Assembly: GCA_029571215.1 (NCBI GenBank)
Contig: JAKPTE010000001.1
Span: 42,684 to 106,683 of the forward strand
Direction: 5' to 3'
Source of the DNA: Bacteroidota bacterium
GTDB taxonomy: Bacteria > Bacteroidota > Bacteroidia > Bacteroidales > JAAYUG01
DNA: 64,000 nucleotides
Positions 9,914 to 20,075 of this stretch are shown here, piece by piece. Position 1 is the stretch's first letter. The number at the start of each line of letters is the position of its first letter. A program made the position numbers and the translations under genes. The notes under the pieces were generated by a model. The model had not been told where the DNA came from, did not search any database, and saw only the letters and a list, made by a program, of their open reading frames with translations.

Positions 9914-10735
9914 ATGGAGGAGATGGATTACAGAGAGTTATTGAAAAACCGGAAGCGCATAGTTGTGAAGATCGGGAGTTCCAGTTTGTCGTATCCTAAT
10001 GGTAAGATTAACTATTCGCGGCTGGAGCAGGTTGCCATAGCGCTGTCAAAACTGCAGTCGGAAGGCCGGCAGATGGTTCTGGTATCCTCGGGTGCCACTG
10101 CCGTAGGAGCCGGGAGAATGGGGATTACCGGAAAGCCTTCAGACAAGGTTGAAAAACAGGCTCTGGCTGCTATCGGACAGGCAGGTCTTATCAAAATATA
10201 CCAGCGGTTTTTTGACCGGCATCATCAGGCTGTAGCGCAGGTATTGCTTACGAAGGATGCCATTACCATTCCGGTTCGCCGCAGAAATGCCCGTAATACA
10301 TTGGACACACTTCTGGGACTGAATGTTATTCCTATTATCAACGAGAATGATACGGTTTCGACGGAACAGATTGAATTCGGGGATAACGATACCCTTTCGG
10401 CCTATGTAGCCGAGCTGATTGATGCGGACCTGCTTATGATACTCAGTGATATAGACGGTTTGTATTCAGGTGATCCTCACAATAATCCGGAAGCAAAGAT
10501 AATCTCGCTTGTTACAGAATTTTCACCATGGCTGGAAAACATTGCCTCAGGGTCTGCCTCTTCGTTTGGCACCGGAGGAATGGTTACCAAGATTATGGCT
10601 GCCCGTATCTGCTGGGAGGCCGGAATTGATGCTGTAATAGCCAGTGGAGAAGACCCTTTTGTGCTTTTTAGATTATTAAAGGGAGAACTACTGGGGACCT
10701 TATTTGCCTTTGGAAGCAGAATGACTGTATGTTAA
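9914..10735 (+). CDS. proB: Glutamate 5-kinase (short form, no PUA domain)
   Basis: RIVVKIGSSS, NENDTV, FGDNDTLSA, SDIDGLY, GTGGMVTK; ATG at 9914 lies 1 bp after the upstream stop. Confidence 0.95.
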   Translation: MEEMDYRELLKNRKRIVVKIGSSSLSYPNGKINYSRLEQVAIALSKLQSEGRQMVLVSSGATAVGAGRMGITGKPSDKVEKQALAAIGQAGLIKIYQRFFDRHHQAVAQVLLTKDAITIPVRRRNARNTLDTLLGLNVIPIINENDTVSTEQIEFGDNDTLSAYVAELIDADLLMILSDIDGLYSGDPHNNPEAKIISLVTEFSPWLENIASGSASSFGTGGMVTKIMAARICWEAGIDAVIASGEDPFVLFRLLKGELLGTLFAFGSRMTVC

Positions 10736-10754
10736 TGGCAAACGTCGAAAAAAC

Positions 10755-12014
10755 ATGGCAGGAAAGATGAACAATCTGGAAGAATATGGGAAAAAAGCAA
10801 AGATTGCGTCGCGGATTCTGGCAGGAATTCCGGTTGACCGGAAAAATGAGGTTTTGAATCAGGCGGCTGATCATTTGATCCGTTACCAGGGAAAAATTCT
10901 TGAAGAAAATAGTAAAGATATCAAAGCGGCGCGCAATGCCGGAGTGAAGGGTGCACTTCTTGATCGTCTGATGCTCAATGAAGGTCGTATTGCTTCCATG
11001 GCCGAGGGGCTGAGGCAAATTGCCATGCTGGAAGATCCGGTGGGGGAAGTACTCTGGATGAAACAAAGGCCGAATGGTTTGTTGATTGGCCAGCAAAGAG
11101 TGCCATTGGGGGTGGTTGGTGTCATCTATGAAGCGCGGCCCAACGTGACGGCCGATGTAGCCGGTCTATGCCTGAAAACAGGAAATGCTGCGATTCTTCG
11201 CGGGGGAAGGGAGGCCATTTTTTCCAATCGGGCCATTGTGGAATGCTTGCAGGATGCCCTGAAAAAGACCGGTTTACCAGAAGACAGTATACAACTGGTT
11301 ACCGATACATCGAGGGAAAGTGCGTTGGCTCTCATGCGGATGAATCAGTACCTTGATGTTCTGATACCGCGTGGAGGAGCCGGTTTAATAAAGTCGGTAG
11401 TGGAAAACAGCACGGTACCGGTTATTGAAACCGGTACGGGAAATTGCCATGTATTTATTGACAGCCCGAGTGACCTCAGGATGGGGATCGATATTATTGT
11501 CAATGCAAAGACACATCGTCCGGGAGTTTGTAATGCTGCCGAAACTCTGTTGGTGCACAAAGATATGGCTGAAATCTTTCTGCCGGAGGCTTGCAGGGCT
11601 TTATCAGAAAGGAATGTGGAAATAAGGGGGGATGAAAAGGTATGTACCCTTGTTCCATACGCAAAGAAAGCAACCGAAGAAGACTGGGCAACTGAATATC
11701 TGGATCTCATTCTGGCTGTGCGTGTTGTGGAGTCAATTGACGAAGCCATTGATCACATTCAGAAATACAGTACCGGTCATTCAGAAGCAATTGTTACGAA
11801 CGATTATTCACATGCCAGAAGATTTTTACAGGAAGTAGATTCGGCCGCTGTATATGTCAATGCTTCCACCCGATTTACCGACGGTTTTGAATTTGGTTTC
11901 GGAGCCGAGGTGGGCATCAGTACTCAGAAACTTCATGCCCGTGGCCCCATGGGGCTAAAGGAATTGACAACCTATAAATACATTGTTTTTGGCAACGGAC
12001 AAATCAGGCAATAA
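10755..12014 (+). CDS. proA: Gamma-glutamyl phosphate reductase
   Basis: YEARPNVT, PGVCNAAETLL, NASTRFTDG, ISTQKLHARGPMGL. Confidence 0.97.
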   Translation: MAGKMNNLEEYGKKAKIASRILAGIPVDRKNEVLNQAADHLIRYQGKILEENSKDIKAARNAGVKGALLDRLMLNEGRIASMAEGLRQIAMLEDPVGEVLWMKQRPNGLLIGQQRVPLGVVGVIYEARPNVTADVAGLCLKTGNAAILRGGREAIFSNRAIVECLQDALKKTGLPEDSIQLVTDTSRESALALMRMNQYLDVLIPRGGAGLIKSVVENSTVPVIETGTGNCHVFIDSPSDLRMGIDIIVNAKTHRPGVCNAAETLLVHKDMAEIFLPEACRALSERNVEIRGDEKVCTLVPYAKKATEEDWATEYLDLILAVRVVESIDEAIDHIQKYSTGHSEAIVTNDYSHARRFLQEVDSAAVYVNASTRFTDGFEFGFGAEVGISTQKLHARGPMGLKELTTYKYIVFGNGQIRQ

Positions 12015-12026
12015 AAATCAGAAACC

Positions 12027-13376
12027 ATGGAATGGATAAATCACCTAACCGGCCTTGTGCAGGATGCCTGCGAAATCGACAAGGAATTATTTACGCGGTA
12101 TCAGGTAAAAAGAGGACTGCGGAATGAAGATCATACCGGAGTTCTGGTAGGACTCACCAATATTGGCGATGTGCAGGGATATGTGAGGGAAGGAGATAAA
12201 ATTATTCCCACCGAGGGCCGGTTATTTTACAGGGGTATCGATGTATATGATCTGGTACATGGTTTTCTGAGTGAAAATCGTCCGGGATTTGACGAAACAG
12301 TTTATCTGCTGCTGACAGGTAAGCTTCCATCAGCCAACGAACTGGAGAAATTCAGTGCGTACCTTGCCGGTCTGAGAGAACTTACACCCATGTTGACCAA
12401 GAGCATGGTACTCTCGCTTCGGGGCAAGGATGTCATGAACATGCTGGCACGGACAGTTCTGGTGCTTTATACCATGGATGATGATCCGGAAGATATGTCG
12501 TTGCAAAATCAACTCAGGCAGGCGCTGAATCTCATTGCTAAGTTCCCGACCATCATCACCTATTCTTATTATGGGATGCTGCATTCCTTTTACAGAAAAT
12601 CTCTGATAATCAGGCATCCTGAAATGCATTTGTCCACTGCAGAGAATTTTCTTCATATGCTCAAGGGGGAAGCTTATACTCCTCTCGAAGCAACCATTCT
12701 TGATCTGGTTCTTGTGTTGCATGCTGAGCATGGAGGGGGAAACAATTCCACCTTTACAACCCGTGTGGTTAGTTCAAGCGGTACAGACACCTATTCGGCC
12801 ATTGCAGCAGCTATAGGAAGCCTGAAGGGAAACTTGCACGGAGGGGCAAATCTTAAAGTAATGGATATGATGGACCATTTGAAGGAAAACATTCGCGACT
12901 GGAACGATGATGAGGAAATCGCAGCATACCTTCTAAAAATGCTCAGGGGAGAAGCCTTTGATCGTTCGGGAAAAATCTACGGGATGGGGCATGCTGTATA
13001 TACCCTGTCGGATCCGCGTGCTGTGCTTCTGAAGGAAAAGGCAAAAGACCTTGCTGCTGAAAAGAACCGTACCGAGGAATACAACCTGTACGAAAACATT
13101 GAACGTCTTGTTCCACAGGTGTTTGAGAAGCATAAGGGGGCCGGAGCAAAAATTATCAGTCCCAATGTTGATTTCTATTCAGGTTTTGTGTACGATTGCA
13201 TCCGTATACCCAGAGAAATTTATACCCCGTTGTTTGCAGCGGCCCGCATTGCAGGCTGGTGTGCTCACAGGCTGGAGGAAATAACTTTCTCTTCCAGGAG
13301 GATCATCAGGCCGGCCTACAAAAATGTCTGTCCAAAAGCCCAGTACGTTCCCATCAGTCAGCGCAAGGATGCTTGA
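12027..13376 (+). CDS. gltA: Citrate synthase
   Basis: HAEHGGGNNST, LHGGAN, GMGHAVY, PNVDFYSG; N-terminal VKRGLRN type. Confidence 0.92.
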   Translation: MEWINHLTGLVQDACEIDKELFTRYQVKRGLRNEDHTGVLVGLTNIGDVQGYVREGDKIIPTEGRLFYRGIDVYDLVHGFLSENRPGFDETVYLLLTGKLPSANELEKFSAYLAGLRELTPMLTKSMVLSLRGKDVMNMLARTVLVLYTMDDDPEDMSLQNQLRQALNLIAKFPTIITYSYYGMLHSFYRKSLIIRHPEMHLSTAENFLHMLKGEAYTPLEATILDLVLVLHAEHGGGNNSTFTTRVVSSSGTDTYSAIAAAIGSLKGNLHGGANLKVMDMMDHLKENIRDWNDDEEIAAYLLKMLRGEAFDRSGKIYGMGHAVYTLSDPRAVLLKEKAKDLAAEKNRTEEYNLYENIERLVPQVFEKHKGAGAKIISPNVDFYSGFVYDCIRIPREIYTPLFAAARIAGWCAHRLEEITFSSRRIIRPAYKNVCPKAQYVPISQRKDA

Positions 13377-13433
13377 ATGCAGAGAACATTATAAAATTTC
13401 AACCTGACATCAGGAAATATATGTTTTATAGCA

Positions 13434-13441
13434 TAAATTTG
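13434..13441 (+). promoter_or_regulatory. -7 promoter element for gltBD (TAAATTTG)
   Basis: Exact TAnnTTTG about 65 nt upstream of the gltB ATG. Confidence 0.7.
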
Positions 13442-13506
13442 TTGCGGAGGCATATGGCAGAAAGTAAGCCTGTGCCCATTGTGAAACAAACTAATATGAA
13501 TTGATT

Positions 13507-16500
13507 ATGTGGAAAGGCTTACCAGATAAAAGCGGGCTTTACAATCCGGAAAATGAACATGACAGTTGCGGCATAGGCTTTGTAGCCCATATCAAGGGAC
13601 AGAAATCAGGAGAAATAATACGCCGCGGACTGGAGGTATTATTGAATATGAGTCATCGTGGTGCAGAGAGTGCTGACAATACCACAGGTGACGGAGCGGG
13701 CATTACTATTCAGATACCGCACAGATTTCTTGTTTCGAAGGGTATTTCTCTTCCGGAACCCGGTGAATATGGAACCGGCATTGTTTTCTTTCCACCCGAT
13801 GAAAAGGAGAGAAAAGCAATCGAACAGTGGTTTTACCGTACAGCGGAAGAGGAAAATCTTACAATACCTGCTTTCAGGGATGTTCCTGTGAACAGCAGTG
13901 TTCTGGGAGAAATTGCCCGCCGGAGTGAACCGGTAATCCGCCAGGTGTTTCTTACGGGAGATTATGAACAGGATGAACTGGAGCGCAAGCTCTACATTTT
14001 CCGGAAGAGAATTGAGAACGAAGTCAGGAATTCGGGCCTCAGCCAAAGTAGTTACTTTTATATCAACAGCCTTTCCACACGAACAATTGTTTACAAGGGG
14101 CTATTCACTCCGGTGCAGTTGAAAGAATATTATCCCGATCTGTCCGATCCGGCAATGGAAAGTGCAATAGCGCTGATTCATTCGCGTTTCAGTACCAATA
14201 CTTTTCCGACCTGGGATCTGGCGCAGCCCTTCCGGTATCTTTCGCACAACGGGGAAATCAATACCATCAAGGGGAACAGGCTTTGGATGAAAGCCAGGGA
14301 AGCTTTGCTTCAGAGCCAGTTGTTCGGAAAGGATCTTGAAAAGTTGTTCCCGGTTATTGAGCCCGGGAAAAGCGATTCGGCTTCTCTGGATAACGTTTTT
14401 GAGTTTCTGGTAATGACGGGGAGATCGATGCCCCATGCCATTACTATGCTCGTGCCGGAATCGTTTAATGACCGGAACCCCATTCCCAACAGTCTAAAGG
14501 CCTATTATGAATATCATTCCATGATTATGGAACCATGGGATGGTCCAGCTTCCCTCGTTTTTACCGATGGCAGATACGTGGGTGGTACTCTTGACAGAAA
14601 CGGCTTACGACCTTCCCGCTATGTTATTACCGATGACGATCTCATAGTAATGGGTTCTGAAGTAGGTGTTCAGAAATTTTCTGCTGAAAAAATCCGCGAA
14701 AAAGGCCGTCTGCGCCCGGGAAAAATTTTGCTGGTTGACACCAAACTAGGAATTATTATTCCTGATAATGAGATTAAGAGTCAGCTTTCCCGCCAGAATC
14801 CATATGGAAACTGGTTGAAGGAGAACAGGCTTGAACTGGAAAAGATAGAAGTCAAACAACGTATTCCTTCTACCATTGACCAGTATGAAACCTATCTCAG
14901 GATTTTTGGTTATACCAAAGATGATCTTGATATGGTATTCAAGCCAATGGCTCTGGAAGGGAAAGAGCCTGTCGGAAGCATGGGGAATGATACTCCACCT
15001 GCCGTTTTGTCAAAAAAACCTCAGCGACTTTTCAGTTACTTCAAGCAGCATTTTGCCCAGGTAACTAATCCTCCCATTGATCCGATCAGGGAGGGATTGG
15101 TTATGTCGCTTACGAATTACATCGGAGCCCTGCAGACGAATCTTCTGGAAGAAAATCCTGCCATGTGCAAGCTTATCCGTTTCCAGAGTCCTATTATTAT
15201 CAACACCGATCTGGGAAAGATTAAAAGTTTGCAGCGGGAGGAATTTTCGAATATCACCATCAATATGGTTTTTGATGCCAATGGTGGGGGAAAGGCGCTT
15301 CAGGAGGCACTTGACCGGATTTGCCGTGAAGCAGAGCAGGCGGTTGACAATAAAATCAATTATCTCATTCTCTCCGACAGGGCTGTTGACAAGGATCATG
15401 CACCGATCCCCTCTTTACTAGCTGTTTCAACCCTTCATCATTATCTGATCGGTGTGAAGAAGCGGATGCAGATAGGGTTTATTGTTGAAACAGCAGAAGC
15501 CCGGGAAGTGATGCATTTTGCCCTTCTCCTCGGATACGGAGCCAGTGTAATCAATCCGTATATGGCATTTGCCGTGCTTGATGATATGTGTAAGAAGGGA
15601 GAAATCACACTGGATTACAAAATTGCCCGGCAGAACTATATTAAGGCTATTGATAATGGTCTGCTGAAGATCATGTCAAAAATGGGGATCTCAACATTGC
15701 GAAGTTACCATGGTTCCCAGATTTTTGAAGCCATTGGACTCAGCAATGAAATTGTTGAGAAATATTTTAATGGAACACCATCAAATATCGGAGGTATTGG
15801 CCTGGAAGAAATTGCCGAGGAGGCTCTTATTCCGCACAGGGAAGCTTTCAGGCTGGCACCGGTGAAAGAAGTTTATCCCAAAACCGTTGGAATCTATCAC
15901 TGGAGAAAAGACGGGGAATTTCATGGATGGAATCCAGAAACCATTGCTCTTCTGCAGTGGGCAACAAAGACAAATAATTACGAGAAATTCAGGGAGTTCA
16001 GTAACCTGGTAAATTCGCAGAACCGCGAGCCAAACTTTTTGAGAGGGCTGCTGAATTATAAAAAGAATCCGATTCCTCTTGAAGAAGTTGAGCCCGAAGA
16101 AAACATCATGAAACGCTTTGTAACCGGTGCCATGTCGTATGGGTCCATCAGCAAGGAAGCCCATGAAGCCCTGGCCAGAGCAATGAATTCCATTGGAGGC
16201 CGAAGCAATACAGGGGAAGGGGGAGAAGATGCGGAACGGTTCAAGCCCCTGCCAGATGGTACGCTTATTCGGAGTGCGATCAAGCAGGTTGCTTCCGGGA
16301 GGTTTGGTGTTACTACCAATTATCTGGTGAATGCTGACGAATTGCAAATAAAGATGGCCCAGGGGGCGAAGCCGGGTGAAGGTGGACAATTACCTGGCTA
16401 TAAGGTTGATAAAATAATTGCGCGCCTGCGGCATTCCACACCGGGAATTACCTTGATTTCGCCGCCACCGCATCATGATATTTATTCGATTGAAGACCTT

Positions 16501-18036
16501 GCCCAGCTGATTTTTGACCTGAAATGCGTCAATCCGACGGCCAAAATCAGTGTCAAGCTGGTTTCGGAGCATGGTGTAGGTACTGTTGCAGCCGGCGTAG
16601 CCAAAGCACGTGCTGATCTGATCACTATCAGCGGGAACGAAGGTGGAACCGGTGCCAGTCCGGTAAGCTCCATCAAGCATGCCGGATTACCTATCGAACT
16701 GGGTATTTCGGAAGCTCACCAGACCCTTGTGAAGAACAATCTGCGCGGGCGGGTGCGGCTGCAAACTGACGGGCAGCTGAAAACGGGTCTTGACGTGGTT
16801 CTTATGGGTATTCTGGGAGCAGAAGAGTTTGGATTTGCCACGGCTGCTTTGGTTACTCTTGGTTGTATTCTCATGAGGAAATGCCACCTGAATACCTGCC
16901 CGGTAGGGGTTGCCACCCAGAACCCGGAATTACGTAAACGGTTCATCGGTCGATCGGAGTATGTTGTCAATTATTTCCGGTTTCTGGCAAGAGAGGTGCG
17001 GGAAATAATGGCAGAAATGGGAATCCGCAAATTTGATGATCTGGTGGGCAGGACGGATTTACTGGAACAGCGCACAGATATCGACCACTGGAAGGCCCGT
17101 ACCGTTGATCTTTCGCGGATACTTCACAAACCGAAAGAGGCTGAAAAATTTCCCTTGCATCAGGTAACACATCAGATCCATCCTATTGATGAGATTCTGG
17201 ACCGGGAACTTGTTAAATTGGCCGGAAAAGCGTTGAAAAACAAGGAAAAAGTCTGGATATCTAGAACGATTAATAATACTGATCGTGCCGTCGGAGCCAT
17301 GCTTTCCGGAGAAGTTGCACGCCGTTACGGAGAATTCGGACTTCCTGACAATACCATCAATGCCCGGTTCTATGGCTCAGCGGGTCAGAGCTTTGGGGCT
17401 TTTCTTGCCGGAGGGATTAGTTTCACACTGGAAGGTGATGCCAATGATTATCTTGGGAAAGGACTTTCAGGAGGACGGATTATAGTGGTTCCTCCTGCAG
17501 GAAGCAGGTTTGTCCCTGAAGAGAATATTATTATCGGAAATACCGTACTGTATGGAGCTACCAGCGGGGAATTGTATGTGAGGGGAATAGCGGGTGAACG
17601 ATTTGCCGTGCGTAATAGCGGGGCTTTTGCCGTTGTGGAAGGAGTAGGTGATCATGGGTGTGAGTACATGACCGGTGGCCGCGTGGTTGTGTTGGGACCT
17701 ACCGGGAGAAACTTTGCCGCTGGTATGTCAGGGGGAATTGCCTATGTTCTGAACCGGAACGGAAACTTTGAATATTTCTGCAACAAAGGCCTGGTTGAAT
17801 TATCCCCGCTGGAAGATCGCAGCGATATTCTCGAGGTACAGATGATGCTGAACAACCATCTGTTGTATACGGGAAGCCGGGTTGCAGAGAACATTCTTTC
17901 GAACTGGGATGAGTACCTGCCAATGTTTGTCAAGGTCATTCCCATGGAATACAGGAAGGTTCTTGAAGAGCAGAAATTGGAGGCATTACGTAGGAAACTG
18001 GAGGCAACAGAAGATTCACCCCAGTATCATTATTGA
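13507..18036 (+). CDS. gltB: Glutamate synthase large subunit
   Basis: EHDSCGIGF, HSRFSTNT, QGAKPGEGGQLPG, CHLNTCPVG, GXGXG C-terminal domain. Confidence 0.98.
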   Translation: MWKGLPDKSGLYNPENEHDSCGIGFVAHIKGQKSGEIIRRGLEVLLNMSHRGAESADNTTGDGAGITIQIPHRFLVSKGISLPEPGEYGTGIVFFPPDEKERKAIEQWFYRTAEEENLTIPAFRDVPVNSSVLGEIARRSEPVIRQVFLTGDYEQDELERKLYIFRKRIENEVRNSGLSQSSYFYINSLSTRTIVYKGLFTPVQLKEYYPDLSDPAMESAIALIHSRFSTNTFPTWDLAQPFRYLSHNGEINTIKGNRLWMKAREALLQSQLFGKDLEKLFPVIEPGKSDSASLDNVFEFLVMTGRSMPHAITMLVPESFNDRNPIPNSLKAYYEYHSMIMEPWDGPASLVFTDGRYVGGTLDRNGLRPSRYVITDDDLIVMGSEVGVQKFSAEKIREKGRLRPGKILLVDTKLGIIIPDNEIKSQLSRQNPYGNWLKENRLELEKIEVKQRIPSTIDQYETYLRIFGYTKDDLDMVFKPMALEGKEPVGSMGNDTPPAVLSKKPQRLFSYFKQHFAQVTNPPIDPIREGLVMSLTNYIGALQTNLLEENPAMCKLIRFQSPIIINTDLGKIKSLQREEFSNITINMVFDANGGGKALQEALDRICREAEQAVDNKINYLILSDRAVDKDHAPIPSLLAVSTLHHYLIGVKKRMQIGFIVETAEAREVMHFALLLGYGASVINPYMAFAVLDDMCKKGEITLDYKIARQNYIKAIDNGLLKIMSKMGISTLRSYHGSQIFEAIGLSNEIVEKYFNGTPSNIGGIGLEEIAEEALIPHREAFRLAPVKEVYPKTVGIYHWRKDGEFHGWNPETIALLQWATKTNNYEKFREFSNLVNSQNREPNFLRGLLNYKKNPIPLEEVEPEENIMKRFVTGAMSYGSISKEAHEALARAMNSIGGRSNTGEGGEDAERFKPLPDGTLIRSAIKQVASGRFGVTTNYLVNADELQIKMAQGAKPGEGGQLPGYKVDKIIARLRHSTPGITLISPPPHHDIYSIEDLAQLIFDLKCVNPTAKISVKLVSEHGVGTVAAGVAKARADLITISGNEGGTGASPVSSIKHAGLPIELGISEAHQTLVKNNLRGRVRLQTDGQLKTGLDVVLMGILGAEEFGFATAALVTLGCILMRKCHLNTCPVGVATQNPELRKRFIGRSEYVVNYFRFLAREVREIMAEMGIRKFDDLVGRTDLLEQRTDIDHWKARTVDLSRILHKPKEAEKFPLHQVTHQIHPIDEILDRELVKLAGKALKNKEKVWISRTINNTDRAVGAMLSGEVARRYGEFGLPDNTINARFYGSAGQSFGAFLAGGISFTLEGDANDYLGKGLSGGRIIVVPPAGSRFVPEENIIIGNTVLYGATSGELYVRGIAGERFAVRNSGAFAVVEGVGDHGCEYMTGGRVVVLGPTGRNFAAGMSGGIAYVLNRNGNFEYFCNKGLVELSPLEDRSDILEVQMMLNNHLLYTGSRVAENILSNWDEYLPMFVKVIPMEYRKVLEEQKLEALRRKLEATEDSPQYHY

Positions 18037-18061
18037 AATGTAACTGAGTAAAAGAAGCAAT

Positions 18062-19486
18062 ATGGGTAATCCAAAAGGTTTTCTGGAAGTCAAGAGAAAA
18101 GAGGGTGGAAACCGCCCTGTGAGTGAACGGATTCTTGATTTCAGCGAAGTTGAACAGACACTTGATGAGGAGGATCGCCGGCTGCAGGCTAGCCGTTGCA
18201 TGGACTGCGGAGTGCCTTTCTGCCAATGGGGTTGTCCGGTAATGAACAATATGCCTGAATGGCAAGATGCGATCTATCGTGGCGACTGGCAGGCAGCTAT
18301 TAATATTTTGCAGGCTACCAATAATTTTCCTGAATTTACCGGCAGAATTTGTCCGGCACCGTGTGAAAAAGCCTGTACGTTGAACATACATAAAGAACCC
18401 GTTACCATCAGGGAAAATGAAGCAGCAACTGCAGAAAGAGCTTTTGAGCGGGGACTGATAAAACCTCAGCCTCCGGCTTTCCGGACAGGGAAAAAGGTTG
18501 CAGTGATAGGTTCAGGTCCTGCCGGTATGGCATGCGCTGATCTTCTCAATAAGGCCGGTCATCATGTAACACTCTTTGAGAAGGATGATTCTGTTGGAGG
18601 ATTGCTACGCTTTGGCATTCCTGATTTCAAGCTTGCCAAGAATGTTATAGACCGTAGGGTTCAGCTGATGATGGAGGAAGGATTGGTAATTCGCACCAGC
18701 GTTCATGTTGGTAAGGATATTTCTGCAGAAGAGCTTCTGAATGAATTTGATGCTGTCTGTCTGGCCATTGGTGCCATGAAACCAAGGGATCTTCCGGTAG
18801 AAGGCAGGGATCTGAAGGGAATCTATTTTGCAATGGATTACCTCACCCAGCAAAACAAAGTGGTTCGGGGCGACCAAGTCGCCGAAAAAGACCGGATTCT
18901 TGCAACCGGGAAAAAGGTACTGGTCATTGGAGGAGGTGACACCGGGTCAGATTGCGTAGGAACAGCAAACCGGCAAAAAGCGAAATCGGTGACACAGATT
19001 GAAATTCTGCCAAAGCCTCCCGAAGAACGTACTCCCGATAATCCCTGGCCATACTGGGCCAACGTGCTGAAGGTATCCAGTTCGCATGAAGAAGGTTGTG
19101 AGCGATTCTGGTCATTGTCGACCAAAAGATTTGTTGGGAAAAACGGAAGTGTTACCGGTGCCGAAGTTGTTGAAGTAGCATGGGAAAAGGATGCGAACGG
19201 AAAAATGCTAATGAAAGAAATACCGGGAACAAAGCGAATCATTCCGGCTGACCTTGTTCTGTTGTCGCTTGGTTTTCTTCACCCTGTTCAGGAGGGTTTA
19301 CTGAAGGAACTTGAACTAAAGCTGACGGAAAGGGGAAATGTTCATGTGAGCAGGAACCATCAGACAAGCAAGGCAAAAATATTTGCCGCCGGGGATGCCG
19401 TTAACGGAGCCACTCTGGTGGTACATGCCATAGCATCCGGACGCAGGGCTGCACAGGATATTGACAGGTATCTGCAAAACCTGTAG
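18062..19486 (+). CDS. gltD: Glutamate synthase small subunit
   Basis: RCMDCGVPFC, GRICPAPCE, GSGPAG, GGGDTG. Confidence 0.97.
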   Translation: MGNPKGFLEVKRKEGGNRPVSERILDFSEVEQTLDEEDRRLQASRCMDCGVPFCQWGCPVMNNMPEWQDAIYRGDWQAAINILQATNNFPEFTGRICPAPCEKACTLNIHKEPVTIRENEAATAERAFERGLIKPQPPAFRTGKKVAVIGSGPAGMACADLLNKAGHHVTLFEKDDSVGGLLRFGIPDFKLAKNVIDRRVQLMMEEGLVIRTSVHVGKDISAEELLNEFDAVCLAIGAMKPRDLPVEGRDLKGIYFAMDYLTQQNKVVRGDQVAEKDRILATGKKVLVIGGGDTGSDCVGTANRQKAKSVTQIEILPKPPEERTPDNPWPYWANVLKVSSSHEEGCERFWSLSTKRFVGKNGSVTGAEVVEVAWEKDANGKMLMKEIPGTKRIIPADLVLLSLGFLHPVQEGLLKELELKLTERGNVHVSRNHQTSKAKIFAAGDAVNGATLVVHAIASGRRAAQDIDRYLQNL

Positions 19487-19538
19487 GAGGAAAATGTACA
19501 TTTTAACGGAAAAATGTTTTGATTATTCGAAGAATGGT

Positions 19539-19546
19539 TACCTTTG
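19539..19546 (+). promoter_or_regulatory. -7 promoter element for the RRM gene (TACCTTTG)
   Basis: Exact TAnnTTTG 22 nt upstream of the ATG. Confidence 0.7.
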
Positions 19547-19568
19547 TCTGAATTAATTTTTTTTAGTC

Positions 19569-19850
19569 ATGAACATTTATATCAGAAACATCGATTTCAA
19601 GGTGACCGACCAGCAGTTGAACGATCTGTTTGCAACCTGCGGAGCGGTTCAGTCAGCAAAGGTAATCCGTGACAAGTTCACCGGCCGGAGCAAAGGATTT
19701 GGATTTGTTGAAATGCCGGATGATCAGGAGGCGGAAAAGGCTATTGCCAGCCTGAACGGATATGTTTTGAATAACAGGCCTATTGAAGTCTCTCAGGCCA
19801 GACCGAGAGAGGACAGAGGTAATTATTCAGATTCCGGACATCGACGCTAG
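19569..19850 (+). CDS. RRM-domain RNA-binding protein
   Basis: RNP2-like NIYIRNI and RNP1 SKGFGFVEM. Confidence 0.95.
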   Translation: MNIYIRNIDFKVTDQQLNDLFATCGAVQSAKVIRDKFTGRSKGFGFVEMPDDQEAEKAIASLNGYVLNNRPIEVSQARPREDRGNYSDSGHRR

Positions 19851-19878
19851 GATCTTCTACCTATAACTGACTTTTCAG

Positions 19879-19908
19879 AAGGCTGTCCCACTTACGACAG
19901 CCTTTTTT
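19879..19908 (+). terminator. Rho-independent terminator
   Basis: AAGGCTGTC-loop-GACAGCCTT followed by a T run. Confidence 0.85.
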
Positions 19909-20075
19909 ATTTGCCGTATTCGAACTGCGATGAATTTATGTATTGAACGAGACTATCGCGTGATGGCAATGGGGTTAATCCCTCTGAAATAAAAGCAAAA
20001 GCAACCCTTAACGCAAATTTAACAGATGAAACGAGCCGTTTAAGTTTATTTGTACCTTGGTCAAAAATTTTGGTT

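Noticed and set aside
13428-13446. Possible ARG box at the gltB promoter (AGCATAAATTTGTT)
   Set aside because: Single half-match with several mismatches; explained by the -7 element
13449-13476. Glutamine (glnA) riboswitch resemblance through GAAAGTAA
   Set aside because: No three-way junction or P1 stem of that class is visible
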